Source: an uncultured Clostridium sp.
GTDB taxonomy: Bacteria > Bacillota > Clostridia > TANB77 > CAG-508
Assembly: GCA_948471035.1 (NCBI GenBank)
Contig: CAOKRC010000001.1
Coordinates: 45,674-109,673, forward strand
Reading direction: 5' to 3'
Length of the DNA: 64,000 nucleotides
In this document: in pieces, positions 38,799-49,387 of the stretch
Layout: each line of letters begins with the position of its first letter
How positions within the stretch are numbered: the stretch's first letter is position 1
Program-made: the position numbers and the translations under genes
The notes under the pieces: generated by a model
The model's input: the letters and a program-made list of their open reading frames with translations, nothing else
Told to the model about the DNA's origin: nothing
Databases searched by the model: none

Positions 38799-39665
38799 CT
38801 AAGCTGTTTCACGTTTCCAATAAAATAGATATTGTTGCGCAAGGCCCGCAAGGTTTTTGTATTTTTCTACCGCTAGTTTTTCTATTTCTTTTTTATTTAC
38901 TTTTGTTTCATCTTCATTTTTTATGTATAAGTCATTCATTACTCTTCTTACCCATACATCTATTGGAAATACTTCAAATCGCTTTAATCCAAATAACATT
39001 ATGCAATCTGCAACTTTTGGTCCCACTCCTGGAAGTGTTAGTAGTTTTTCTCTTAAGACGTATGTATCTTTTTCATTAATAAGTTCTTCTAATGAAATTT
39101 CATTATTTAGGATTATTCTAGTAGTATCATATACTCTTTTATCTCTAAAACCTAATCCTAATGCTCTTAAATCTTCTACACTTGCTTTACTTAAAGCCTC
39201 AGGAGTTGGAAATGTATAATATACTATACCATTCCATTCTATTTTGTTTCCATATTTTTTTGATATTCTTTCTATTATACCTTTTATTCTTGGAATGTTG
39301 TTATTTGCAGATATTATAAAAGATATAATTGTTTCCCATAAATCTTGGTTTAATATCCTAATTCCGCTTCCAAATTCAATACTTTCCTTTAAATATTCAT
39401 CTATACTACTTAATTCTTGCTTTATTTTATTGTAATCTGTATCAAAATCAAAATAATCATTTATAACTTTTATAATATTATCACTACACATACCTTTAAA
39501 AATGATTTTATTGTTTTCTTTTTTCACATTTAAAACATTGTTTTTGAATACTCCTGTATATGAACCATCTTCTTGTATATTCCATCTAAAACATTGTCCA
39601 CAATCAAATATATGACGTGGTTCAAAGTCTTTATAATTTTCTAAAATAAATATTTGCTCTTTCAT
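38799..39665 (-). CDS. HhH-GPD DNA glycosylase (8-oxoguanine glycosylase/AlkA-like)
   Basis: OGG_N-like N-terminus and the HhH-GPD segment LPGVGPKVADCIMLFGL...PIDVW. Confidence 0.75.
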   Translation of the reverse strand: MKEQIFILENYKDFEPRHIFDCGQCFRWNIQEDGSYTGVFKNNVLNVKKENNKIIFKGMCSDNIIKVINDYFDFDTDYNKIKQELSSIDEYLKESIEFGSGIRILNQDLWETIISFIISANNNIPRIKGIIERISKKYGNKIEWNGIVYYTFPTPEALSKASVEDLRALGLGFRDKRVYDTTRIILNNEISLEELINEKDTYVLREKLLTLPGVGPKVADCIMLFGLKRFEVFPIDVWVRRVMNDLYIKNEDETKVNKKEIEKLAVEKYKNLAGLAQQYLFYWKRETA

Positions 39666-39907
39666 ATATTCCTCCTATATATGTCTAATATAATATTATC
39701 ATATTGCTAGATTTTAGTAAAGTGTAATTATTATATGAAAATGATAAATCTATGTGTTTAATTATGTAAATAGTGATATAGTTTTACCATTTTTAGATAT
39801 TTTAGAAATAAAAACGCTAGAATTGGTTTTACTAAACATTAACTTTAGGTTTTCTAATTTTTGTAACCCAGATAAAGCATTGCTTTACCTGGGTTTTTCT
39901 ATAAACT

Positions 39908-40778
39908 TTATTCTCTTTTAAACCCAAATCCAAATGCTTCTCTTGCATTTGATATAACTACAAATGATGATGGGTCTATTTTTTTACTGATTTGCTTTAT
40001 TCTCATAGCTTCATTTCTAGATGCAATACACCAAAGCATCATCTTTTCATCATTAGTGTACATTCCTTTTGCATAGATTCCTGTTACTCCTCTTCCTACA
40101 TGCTCTCCAATTTTATCAGCTATATCCAAATACTTGCTTGAAACTATATAAATCATTTTAGTAAAGTTTATTCCTTCAAATACTATATCTATCACTTTTC
40201 CCATAAGATAAATCGCAATTGCAGAATACAATCCTATTTCTATCTCCTTAAAGAAAATTACATTTAATAAAACAATAACTATATCTATTATTACTATTAG
40301 ATTTCCTGTCCTATATGCCTGATTATATTCTCTTATTATATATGCAAGCATATCAGTTCCACCTGTTGACCCATTTGCTTTTAATACAATTGAAGTTCCA
40401 AGGCCCATTATTATTCCTCCATATATACATGCAAGTAATCTATCATTAGTTAATGCCTGAAATTTATCTAATATATCTAAAAATAGTGATAAAGAAGTTG
40501 TTCCGTATAATTCCTTTTATAAAAAATTCTCTACCCTTTTTTATCCATGACATTATAAATAATGGAATATTTAATAAAAATACAGTTAATCCCATTGGTA
40601 GTTTAAGTAGATAATAAAAGATTGTAGCAATTCCTGTAAATCCTCCTGAAGATAACTGATTTGGTAAAAGAAATTGTGATACTGCTACAGCCATAATAAA
40701 TGTTCCTATTATAATTTGTAAAAATTCCCACAAGTATTTTTTTATTAATAACTTTCGTCTTTTTTCTTTTAAACTCAT
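39908..40778 (-). CDS. YitT-family membrane protein with DUF2179 domain (needs a +1 frame change at CGG 40503-40505)
   Basis: ATA C GGA converts IRNNFFITIFRYIR-stop into GTTSLSLFLDILDKFQALTNDRLLACIYGGIIMGLGTS, which runs into ORF 39908..40408. Total 289 aa. Confidence 0.8.
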
Positions 40779-40876
40779 AAAAACTCACCTATATTGGTAT
40801 TATTTACAAATATAGGTGATTTATACTTATTTATTCTTACGTTTCCTTAAGGTATATTATTTATAAATGTATTACT

Positions 40877-41950
40877 TTACTGTATAGCTTTCTCTTCTTC
40901 TTTAAAGTCTGTAAAAGTTTTTAACACTTTTATTTCTGACTTTCCTAGTTTTATATTTTCATCTGCTTTTACTTTTATAGCTACTTCATATAATTCTTTT
41001 AATTTCTCTGCATTTTCTTTTTTATGTCCTATTACACTATTTACATCTTGTGGATTTACTTTTATTTCAACTTCTTTTACTTTTACATTGAATTTTTTTA
41101 TTTTAGCTACTATGCTGTCATACCATATACTATCTTCTACTAGTTGTCCGAATGCTGGATGATAAGGACCTGATACTACTTCACTTTCCTTTACGCTAGG
41201 ATCTGTTATTAAATCTGTATTTTGAAGACCTATTCTTATTACTTCTATTTTCTTTTTATTAAATAAATATACTATCTCTTTGCAAGTTTCTACTGCTTGG
41301 GTTAATGGTATCGGTTCATATGTACCATCATTTAATTCTTTTTCTAGTTTTGTATTTTTTATTACTAAAACAGGATATATTCTAATCATTTTTGGTTTTA
41401 GTTTAATTAATTGTTTTGCTGTATTTAATTCATCTAATCTTGTACTTTCTGGTAATCCTACCATCATTTGATGACCAAGTTTAAATCCATTCCATCTAAT
41501 TAATCTAGACGCTTTTTTTACATCTTCAAAGCTATGTCCTCTTCCTGCTCTTTTTAATATATAATCGTTTGCTGATTGTACTCCTAGTTCAATTGTTTTT
41601 ACCTTATATTTTTTTAACATTTTTAGTATTTCTTTATTTATACAGTCTGGTCTAGTTGAAATTCTAATTGCATTAACTCTATTTTTTTCAATATATTCAT
41701 ATGCAGCTCCAAGTAATTCTTCTTGAAGTGATACTTCTATTGCTGTAAAACTTCCTCCAAAAAATGCTACTTCAATATATGCATCGTCTTCTTTAAAACT
41801 CTTCAAATAATATTCTATTGTATTTTTTACATCCTCTTTTGTAACTTGTTTTAATTGTCCACTAATACTTTTTTGATTGCAAAATATGCAATCATTTGGG
41901 CATCCTAAATGTGGTACAAATATTGGTATAACATATTGCTTTTGCTTCAT
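40877..41950 (-). CDS. Radical SAM protein (ELP3-like)
   Basis: CPNDCIFCNQ cluster motif. Lies directly downstream of rnc, a position I recall for this radical SAM family in related Firmicutes. Confidence 0.75.
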   Translation of the reverse strand: MKQKQYVIPIFVPHLGCPNDCIFCNQKSISGQLKQVTKEDVKNTIEYYLKSFKEDDAYIEVAFFGGSFTAIEVSLQEELLGAAYEYIEKNRVNAIRISTRPDCINKEILKMLKKYKVKTIELGVQSANDYILKRAGRGHSFEDVKKASRLIRWNGFKLGHQMMVGLPESTRLDELNTAKQLIKLKPKMIRIYPVLVIKNTKLEKELNDGTYEPIPLTQAVETCKEIVYLFNKKKIEVIRIGLQNTDLITDPSVKESEVVSGPYHPAFGQLVEDSIWYDSIVAKIKKFNVKVKEVEIKVNPQDVNSVIGHKKENAEKLKELYEVAIKVKADENIKLGKSEIKVLKTFTDFKEEEKAIQ

Positions 41951-42037
41951 ATTTTTTCCTCCTTTATATTCTTAGTTCTTATACTTTGCAATCCGCTCAC
42001 AATGGTTTAATTATAGTATATATTCTCACTATTTATT

Positions 42038-42716
42038 TTAAAATTGATTTTTTGACATAGCGTTTTTAGCAGCTTCCATTTCTGCTAATTTTTTAGAAGT
42101 TCCTATACCGAGTTGCTAATATTTTTCCATTCAGTTTAACTTCAGCTGTAAATATTTTATTATGGTCTGGTCCAGCTTCTTTTATAATTTGGTATTCTAT
42201 ATGTGCACCTTTATGAACTTGTAACTTTTCTTGTAAAACTGTTTTATAATCTTTCATTCCTACATTTTTACTTGCAATTTCAATTGCTTCTTTTAAATTA
42301 TCAATTATAAATTTTTTTACTTGTTCTATGCCAGAATCTAAATACATTGCTGCAATTACTGCTTCCACACTATCTGCAAGTATTGCAGGTCTTGTCATCT
42401 TGTTACTTGAAAGTTCGCTCTTTCCTAGGTATAAGAAATCACTAAAATTATGCTTTATTGCTATTTTATATAAGCTTTCTTCGCATACAACACTTGCTCT
42501 AACTTTAGTCATTTCTCCCTCTTTTAAATGAATATAATTTTTATATAGATAATCACTTGTTACAAATTCTAATACTGCATCGCCTAAAAATTCTAACTTT
42601 TCATTGCTTGTTACATTTTGTTCGTTTGCATATGAAGTATGTGTTAATGCATTTTTTAATAATTTTTTATCAGTAAAAGTGTATCCTATGTTTTCTTCAA
42701 ATTTTTCTAAACCCAA
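42038..42716 (-). CDS. rnc: Ribonuclease III (needs a +1 frame change at CGG 42108-42110)
   Basis: TTG start after GGAGGTG. Signature NEKLEFLGDAV. ACT C GGT restores the dsRBD end G-IGTSKKLAEMEAAKNAM. Total 225 aa. Confidence 0.9.
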
Positions 42717-42838
42717 TTTTTCACCTCCATATATCAATATCACAAATTGTATGGGCGAGCATTGCTCGTCTGCTAATCTATATGCCATATTATACAACAA
42801 AGAATAAAAAAAAGAAAGGTTTTCCCTTTCTTTTTCAC

Positions 42839-43078
42839 TTAAGCATTTTCTTTTATGTAGTCAACTACATCACTAACTGTAACTATTTTTTCAGCATCAG
42901 CATCTGGAATTTCTAAATCAAATTCTTCTTCTAATGCCATTATTAATTCAACTATATCAAGTGAATCTGCACCTAAATCATCTATAAAAGATGCTTCCAT
43001 TGTAACTGTGTTTTCAGTTACTCCTAGTTGCTCTACTATAATTTCTTTTATTTTTTCAAATATTTCTTCTGAACTCAT
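42839..43078 (-). CDS. acpP: Acyl carrier protein
   Basis: Phosphopantetheine attachment site LGADSLD. 79 aa counted from ATG MSSEEIF. Confidence 0.9.
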   Translation of the reverse strand: MSSEEIFEKIKEIIVEQLGVTENTVTMEASFIDDLGADSLDIVELIMALEEEFDLEIPDADAEKIVTVSDVVDYIKENA

Positions 43079-43188
43079 ATCTTTTAAGTTCACCTCCTCC
43101 CAATTTTTCCATTTCTTAATTAGTAACTACACAATAATATATGTTTAATAAATTGTCAAGTATTTTTTTATATTTTATTATTTAGTTT

Positions 43189-44241
43189 TTAAGATTTGTT
43201 TTCTATCTTATTAGATTGATTGTCTACTTTTTCAAATTCTTCTATCATTTTTTCTACTGCTTTATTTTTTACAAATTGTTCAGCTTGCTTTATTGTAAAT
43301 TCAAATAATTTTTCATCACTGCTTCCATGTGCTTTTACAACTGGTTTTTTTACTCCTAAGAATAATGCTCCACCATATTCTTTATAATCCATCGCTTTTG
43401 AAAGTGACTTAATTAGTGGCATTGCAGTTACAGCTCCAAGCATAGTAAGTACATTCTTCTTAATACTATCTTTTAGAGTATTTTTAACTAATTTTCCTAC
43501 ACCTTCTACTGTTTTTAAAAATACGTTTCCAGTATATCCATCTGCAACTAAAATATCTAAGTTTCCAGAAAAAGCATCCCTACCCTCTACATTTCCAACA
43601 AAGTTTATATTTAGTTCTTCTGCTTTTTCTTTTAATAATTTATATGATTCTTTTACTAAATCATTTCCTTTTGTTTCTTCTGTACCTATATTTAATAATC
43701 CTACTGTTGGCTTTTCCATTCCAAATGTATTTCTATTATAGATAGTTGCCATCTGTGCAAATTGAAGTAAGTTTATTGGCTTACAATTAGTGTTTGATCC
43801 ACAGTCTATTAGCATAAGTCTACTTTTGTATGAAGGTAAAATTCCTGCAAGTGCTGGTCTATCAATTCCTTTAATTCTTCCAACAAGTAATGTTGCTCCT
43901 GTTAATAATGCTCCACTATTTCCTGCCGAAATAAATACATCTCCTTTTCCTTCTTTTAATAAGTTAAATCCTACAACCATAGAAGAATCTTTTTTGTGCT
44001 TTATACTTTGAGTTGGAATATCCGTCATTTCTATTATTTCTGTTGTGTGATGGATTTTTAATCTATTAGAAATTTCAGAAATATCATTTTTTCCATACAG
44101 TTCTTTTACTCTTCCATTAATTATGTCTTTATTACCTATTAACAATACTTCCGCTTCTATTTGATTTATAGCTTTTACAGCACCTTTTATATTTGCATCT
44201 GGTGCATTATCTCCACCCATTGCATCTAATAGTATAATCAT
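43189..44241 (-). CDS. plsX: Phosphate acyltransferase PlsX
   Basis: 350 aa beginning MIILLDAMGGDNAP, with HGSS near the C-terminus. Sits in plsX-acpP-rnc order. Confidence 0.9.
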   Translation of the reverse strand: MIILLDAMGGDNAPDANIKGAVKAINQIEAEVLLIGNKDIINGRVKELYGKNDISEISNRLKIHHTTEIIEMTDIPTQSIKHKKDSSMVVGFNLLKEGKGDVFISAGNSGALLTGATLLVGRIKGIDRPALAGILPSYKSRLMLIDCGSNTNCKPINLLQFAQMATIYNRNTFGMEKPTVGLLNIGTEETKGNDLVKESYKLLKEKAEELNINFVGNVEGRDAFSGNLDILVADGYTGNVFLKTVEGVGKLVKNTLKDSIKKNVLTMLGAVTAMPLIKSLSKAMDYKEYGGALFLGVKKPVVKAHGSSDEKLFEFTIKQAEQFVKNKAVEKMIEEFEKVDNQSNKIENKS

Positions 44242-44443
44242 TTTATTCCTCCAACCTAACTTTTCTTCTACATTGTATTTATGATGTATTCATTTTATTA
44301 TTTATTTATTAAAATTGCAATACTTTTTGACCAAATAGTCATGAAAGCTTATCTTACAGAATTTATTTTTTATTATTTATTTTGAAATAGTTGCATAAAA
44401 AATTTTTTTATTAAAATACTATCTGTATTGGAGGTATGTTGAT

Positions 44444-44920
44444 ATGAAAAATAATGATTTTAAAAATAAAATATCTGTTTCTGAAAAAGATCTTATACCA
44501 ATTGAGCCTTTAGAAAAATGTTTATGGACAATGAACGCCACTGGAAAAATTGCTGATTTTGGTTTAATAACTAGAAGAAATATTGATAAAGACCATATAT
44601 ATGGAAGTCACTATTGGGCAATTAGTCACCTATTAGGCGAATTAGAATATAAATTAAGAGAAGGTGAACTTGATAGAAAACAGTTTGAAGACGGATGTAA
44701 TAGAATATATGATAGGTATAATGTAAATTTTGATATGTTAAGAAATCAGTTATCAGATCTAGAAAATTTAAAACAAGAACATACTCCTGAGAAGGAAGAT
44801 ATGTTATCTACTAAATTTAATACACAAACTAGAGAATATTTAGATAGAATACAAAATCAAAAATTAGTAAAACAAGAGCATTCTCAACAGCATGAGGATA
44901 ATCTTCAAGATAACAGATAA
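44444..44920 (+). CDS. Hypothetical protein
   Basis: 158-aa ORF with RBS GGAGG and no recognisable motif. Confidence 0.4.
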   Translation: MKNNDFKNKISVSEKDLIPIEPLEKCLWTMNATGKIADFGLITRRNIDKDHIYGSHYWAISHLLGELEYKLREGELDRKQFEDGCNRIYDRYNVNFDMLRNQLSDLENLKQEHTPEKEDMLSTKFNTQTREYLDRIQNQKLVKQEHSQQHEDNLQDNR

Positions 44921-44996
44921 GTAAAAAAAGCAGTAATACCAATGGATTACCGCTTTGTATATAGGCTTCCTGCCTTCTGCCCAAAAGGGCTCTTTT

Positions 44997-45404
44997 TTAT
45001 CTCTTACTAAATTGTGGTGCTTTTCTTGCTTTTTTAAGTCCGTATTTTTTTCTTTCTTTCATACGAGGGTCTCTTGTTAAGAAACAGTTTGCTTTTAGTT
45101 CTGGTCTATATTCAGCATTAGCTTCATTTAAAGCTCTTGCTATTCCATGACGGATTGCTCCTGCTTGACCAGTGTAACCTCCACCTACTACTTTACAAAT
45201 AACATCATATTTTGAAAGTGTATTTGTAACTGTTAATGGTTGTCTTACTATAACTTTTAATGTTTCAAGTCCAAAATATTCATCTATACTTTTTCCATTA
45301 ATTGTTATAACCCCTGTTCCTTCTACTAAACGAACTCTTGCAATTGAACTTTTTCTTCTACCTGTACCATAGAACATTATTTTTTCTTTACTTGCTTTAG
45401 GCAT
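44997..45404 (-). CDS. rpsI: 30S ribosomal protein S9
   Basis: Contains [12 protein letters not shown] and ends [12 protein letters not shown]. Confidence 0.95.
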   Translation of the reverse strand: MPKASKEKIMFYGTGRRKSSIARVRLVEGTGVITINGKSIDEYFGLETLKVIVRQPLTVTNTLSKYDVICKVVGGGYTGQAGAIRHGIARALNEANAEYRPELKANCFLTRDPRMKERKKYGLKKARKAPQFSKR

Positions 45405-45425
45405 TTATATTTCCTCCTTAAATTC

Positions 45426-45860
45426 TTAGAATTCCCATTTTTCTGGTTTTTGTGCTTGGTTTTCGTGTTCAGAACCAGCATATAATCTTAATTTTTTGAT
45501 AGATTGTCTTCCTAAACTATTGTGTGGAAGCATTCCTTTTATTGCAAGCATTAAAGCTTTTTCTGGGCTTTTTGCTAACATATCTTTTGCTACTGTTTCT
45601 TTCATTCCACCAATATATCCTGAATGACTTCTATAAATTTTTTGGTCTAATTTGTGACCTGTTAAAACTACTTTTGCACAATTTATAATAATTACATGAT
45701 CACCTACATCTAAATTAGGTGTAAATGTAGGTTTATGTTTTCCTCTTAATAACTTTGCTGCTTCTGTTGCTACTCTACCTAAAGTTTTTCCTTCTGCATC
45801 AATAGTATACCATTTTCTTTCAATATCATCTTTTTTTATGCTGTATGTTGTATTATTCAT
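45426..45860 (-). CDS. rplM: 50S ribosomal protein L13
   Basis: Contains [17 protein letters not shown] and GMLP. Confidence 0.95.
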   Translation of the reverse strand: MNNTTYSIKKDDIERKWYTIDAEGKTLGRVATEAAKLLRGKHKPTFTPNLDVGDHVIIINCAKVVLTGHKLDQKIYRSHSGYIGGMKETVAKDMLAKSPEKALMLAIKGMLPHNSLGRQSIKKLRLYAGSEHENQAQKPEKWEF

Positions 45861-45994
45861 GGTAATAAATACCCTCCATTCATTAATTTCTCTTACAATG
45901 TATTATAAAGTAAAAACTAAACTACCGGGGAGAAGTTTTATTTCTCTTTATAATAATGCTTAATTATTCTATTACAAAATATATAAAAAGTCAA
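45861..45994 (-). promoter_or_regulatory. rplM promoter (TTGACT-17-TAGAAT, 45966-45994) and a 100-nt leader, a possible L13 leader
   Basis: The leader carries the hairpin AGAGAAATAAAACTTCTC and a repeated AAGAGAAAT box. An L13 autoregulatory leader is known in Firmicutes, but identity here is not shown. Confidence 0.35.
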
Positions 45995-46083
45995 TATTTA
46001 TCGAAGAATTTATTTACATTTATTCAAAAATAATGTTATAATTTTCATAGATATATAAATTTAGGTTATAATTTATAGTAAGG

Positions 46084-46924
46084 ATGGATGTTAGTATGAA
46101 AATAAGTATGAGAAATGTTATATTTGGTGTTATTATTGTTATTTGTATTTTTGCTATTAATTTCGGTGTGTATTGGCAATTTTTTAGAAATACTAATCCA
46201 CCTTCGACTACTAATACTGATACCCAAAACATAGACCAAAAGCAACTTGCAAGTGATTTTAAAAATATTTTTGATAATACCTTAGATTATCAAGGATATG
46301 ATGTAAATATATCAGGTATTACTAAAATTAAGGCAGAAGAGGATTTAATTTATACTTGGGTTACACGAGAATCAAGTATTGATAATAAATACGATTTGAA
46401 TTTAAATATTCCTCGTGTTAATATATCTAGTGTCTCTGCTGAAAAGTTTAATGAAAATATAAAAGACATATATGTTAATAAAGCAAATGATATTATTTTA
46501 CATTCAACAAGTCATACTATTTATACTGTTGAATATATGAGTTATATAAATACTAATATATTGTCATTAGTTATCAAATCTACTTTAAAAGAAGGAAATA
46601 ATCCTCAAAGAATTATAATTCAAACTTATAATTACAATTTAAGCACAAATGAAGAAGTAACTTTTAATCAAATGTTAGAAATAAAAGGATTAAATGCAAA
46701 TGAAGTTAAAACTGCAGTACAAAATACTGTTCAGGATGCAAATATAGAAGCACGGTAAGCTAAAAGAATTAGGTTATAATGTGTTTATAAGAGATCTTTC
46801 TAGTGAAATTTATGAAACTGTTAATACTACCAATTTTATATTAGGAACAGCTGGTTATTTATATTTAATTTATCCATATGGTAACTCTAATTTTACAGAT
46901 GCAATGGATGTAGTTGTATTTTAG
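46084..46924 (+). CDS. Membrane-anchored hypothetical protein, DUF4163/DUF3298-like (needs a +1 frame change at CGG 46753-46755)
   Basis: Frame 0 reads CGG TAA. GCA C GGT adds 56 further residues, GKLKELGYNVFIRDLSSEIYETVNTTNFILGTAGYLYLIYPYGNSNFTDAMDVVVF, with no stop. Confidence 0.55.
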
Positions 46925-46976
46925 TATCTTCTATGTTATAATACTTTTTAACTCTAAGATATTGGAGGTATACTAT

Positions 46977-47138
46977 ATGGAAACGAAAAAGAAATCTTTT
47001 ACTTTTCCAATTAATTGTGTTTGCACATCTGAAAGATGCATCGTTTGTCCTTTTCGGTTACATTGTCCAAAATGTAAAGGCAAATGCAAACGTTGTTTCT
47101 TTAACGTGTCTTGTGAACGCAACAAAGAGCAGTCATAA
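46977..47138 (+). CDS. Small Cys-rich protein (53 aa) with a frame-0 CGG
   Basis: RBS GGAGG 8 nt before the ATG. 10 Cys arranged as CxC and CxxC pairs. The stop overlaps a terminator hairpin. CGG at 47055-47057. The +1 frame also stays open, to 47184. Confidence 0.45.
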   Translation: METKKKSFTFPINCVCTSERCIVCPFRLHCPKCKGKCKRCFFNVSCERNKEQS

Positions 47139-47305
47139 TACTGCTCTTTTATTTTTAATATATTTTATATACTATAATTTATAAAATTCGCTCTTTCTTG
47201 CTAGATGTAGGATATTTTGTTTTTCTCAAAAATCTCGAAAAATAAAAAGTGCTACATCCACGTGTCTCTATTTAGAACCTGATTTAAAACTGGACATTAT
47301 CTATT

Positions 47306-47962
47306 TTACATTTTTCTAAATACACCTGCAACTTTCCCAAGTATTTTACAGTCTGGTACTATTATCGGATCCATTGTAGAGTTTTCAGGTTGTAAACGTA
47401 TATGGTCTTTTTCTTTATAGAATGTTTTTACTGTTGCTTCATCTTCTATTAATGCAACTACAATTTCTCCATTATTTGCTGTATTTTGTTTTTTTACTAA
47501 TATGTAATCTCCATCTAAAATCCCCGCTTCTATCATACTTTCTCCTCTTACAGTAAGCATAAAAGATTCGCTATTTCCAACAAAGTCTATTGGAATTGGG
47601 AATGTATCTGTTACATTTTCTACTGCTAAAATTGGTGCCCCTGCTGTTATTTTTCCAATTACAGGTACTTCTACCATCTCTTTTCCAGAATAAAATTCTT
47701 TCATAGTAGTTTGATTTTTATTTTCTCCTACTCCTCCTTTTAATAGTTTTAATGTTCTTCCTTTTTGAGATTCTTTTTTAATATATCCTTTTTCCTCTAA
47801 TTTTGCTAAATATCCATGTACTGTTGCAGTTGATTTTAAGCCTACTGCTTTTCCTATTTCTCTTACTGAAGGTGGATAACTATTTATTTGTATTTGTTTT
47901 TCAATGAATTTTAAAATTGCTTTTTCTCTTTTTCCTAATTCGTTTGGATCTTTTTTATTCAT
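47306..47962 (-). CDS. lexA: LexA repressor
   Basis: Winged-helix N-terminus, AG cleavage site (KITAGAP), and S24 peptidase residues GESM...VKK. Confidence 0.9.
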   Translation of the reverse strand: MNKKDPNELGKREKAILKFIEKQIQINSYPPSVREIGKAVGLKSTATVHGYLAKLEEKGYIKKESQKGRTLKLLKGGVGENKNQTTMKEFYSGKEMVEVPVIGKITAGAPILAVENVTDTFPIPIDFVGNSESFMLTVRGESMIEAGILDGDYILVKKQNTANNGEIVVALIEDEATVKTFYKEKDHIRLQPENSTMDPIIVPDCKILGKVAGVFRKM

Positions 47963-48010
47963 ATAAAAATCACTCCTTTTTCTATTTGGCTATATGGTAT
48001 CACAAAATCA

Positions 48011-48057
48011 AAAAAAAGTCAAACAAATTTTTCAAAAAAATTTGTTTGACTTTTTTA
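48011..48057. terminator. Perfect 16-bp palindrome acting as a bidirectional terminator
   Basis: AGTCAAACAAATTTTT, loop caa, then AAAAATTTGTTTGACT, flanked by an A-run and a T-run. Confidence 0.7.
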
Positions 48058-48076
48058 TTTGCATTTATTGAAATAA

Positions 48077-49387
48077 CTATTCTATAGCTATTTCATAGAC
48101 TGTGGCATTATTCTGGCAATAGATTCCTAATCTCCTTGTTCCTTCTGGAATTACCAGACTCGTCCACCCACTACGTACTCTCTCATCATTGCCAATTAGC
48201 TTTCCTCCAGCATCATAAGCATTTATTCCAGCATAGCACCACTCTAGTGACTTACTTCCCACTAGTAAACCAATTTTTTTTCCAATAATATCACTATTTA
48301 TATTCATATATCTTACATATTCATTTTTATTTTCCGGATTTCCTTTAATACCAGTAGTCTCATCACCATCATAAAGCTCAGCTCCTACTACACCACCAAT
48401 TGACACTTGAATTTGTGTATAACAATCTGGATTTTCTTTCACTACACTTTTTGCCATTATTGTTCCACTTGTTAATTTAAATTCTCCCTCATAAATTTTC
48501 CAAGTTGTTCCATTATCTTCACTATAATAATTTTCCAAATTTTCATTCTCTTCATATATTATTTTTATTTTTCCTGTTTCTTTTTTCACGCCATTTAGAG
48601 TTAATGAAGGATATACACCACTTTCATCTATTATTGGTACTATTGGTTTTAAAGTACTAATCTGTACTATTTTTGTCTTTTTTGATCCGTTTGATGCTTC
48701 TACTACAAATTTATATTTTCCGTTTTGTGTTACTTTATATTGAACTTCATTTATATTTTCCTCATAATTTCCATCTGGTTTTATTATTTTTGTTATATTT
48801 CCTTCACTTATCGTTGCTTTTAATGTTATTGTTAGTTCATCAATTCCTATTGTTTCATCACTTAATATGTATGTTATTGTTGGTTTAATTACTGACTTTT
48901 CTATTATGACTTCATACTCTTTAGTTATTATATAATCATAGCCTTTATATTCTCCAACAATTTGTCCTTCGTCATCTTTTTCTACAGTTATATCTTTTAA
49001 TTTATTTGGTAAATTTTCTTTTAATATATCAATTGTTAGTTCTTCACTATTTGCTATTTTTTCTGCTTTTATATTTATTATTGTAGTTTCTATTTCTTCT
49101 TTTATTGCTGCTTTCTCATATTCATCTCCTACTCGTTTAGCAATATTAAACAATCCATTTTCTCCTATTAATACGTTTATTGTTACCCCTGCTAATATTA
49201 AAAGAATTATGATTGTTATTATTAGGGCTATTAATGTGATTGCGTGGTTGTTTTTATTCGGGTCGATGAGGACTCGAGCTCCTACGCCATTTGCAATTAA
49301 TTTCGTTCTATTTTCTTGGGCAGGCACAAGACCTGCCCTACACATTTGCAGTTTTTCATTTTTCATTATTAATTCTTCACCATTCAT
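48077..49387 (-). CDS. Large secreted protein with a prepilin-like TM helix and a beta-rich C-terminus
   Basis: 436 aa. Contains NHAITLIALIITIIILLILAG after a leader of about 45 aa that includes REP-like copy 3. RBS AAGGAGG. Confidence 0.45.
   Translation of the reverse strand: MNGEELIMKNEKLQMCRAGLVPAQENRTKLIANGVGARVLIDPNKNNHAITLIALIITIIILLILAGVTINVLIGENGLFNIAKRVGDEYEKAAIKEEIETTIINIKAEKIANSEELTIDILKENLPNKLKDITVEKDDEGQIVGEYKGYDYIITKEYEVIIEKSVIKPTITYILSDETIGIDELTITLKATISEGNITKIIKPDGNYEENINEVQYKVTQNGKYKFVVEASNGSKKTKIVQISTLKPIVPIIDESGVYPSLTLNGVKKETGKIKIIYEENENLENYYSEDNGTTWKIYEGEFKLTSGTIMAKSVVKENPDCYTQIQVSIGGVVGAELYDGDETTGIKGNPENKNEYVRYMNINSDIIGKKIGLLVGSKSLEWCYAGINAYDAGGKLIGNDERVRSGWTSLVIPEGTRRLGIYCQNNATVYEIAIE
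49318..49344. repeat. GC-rich REP-like hairpin, copy 3 (GGGCAGGCACAAGACCTGCCCTACACA)
   Basis: Perfect 7-bp stem GGGCAGG/CCTGCCC. It lies inside the N-terminal leader codons (CRAGLVPAQ) of the gene at 48077..49387. Confidence 0.6.

Noticed and set aside
41988-42015. Resemblance of CCATTGTGAGCGGATTGCAA (- strand) to the E. coli lac operator AATTGTGAGCGGATAACAATT
   Set aside because: The 10-nt identity TTGTGAGCGGAT is probably coincidental. No LacI-family gene is nearby, and the element recurs upstream of unrelated genes. It is kept only as a generic repeated motif.
47963-48076. A LexA (Cheo/SOS) box upstream of lexA
   Set aside because: No GAAC-N4-GTTC-type site was found. The conspicuous palindrome at 48017-48051 is an A-run/T-run-flanked terminator for the upstream gene.
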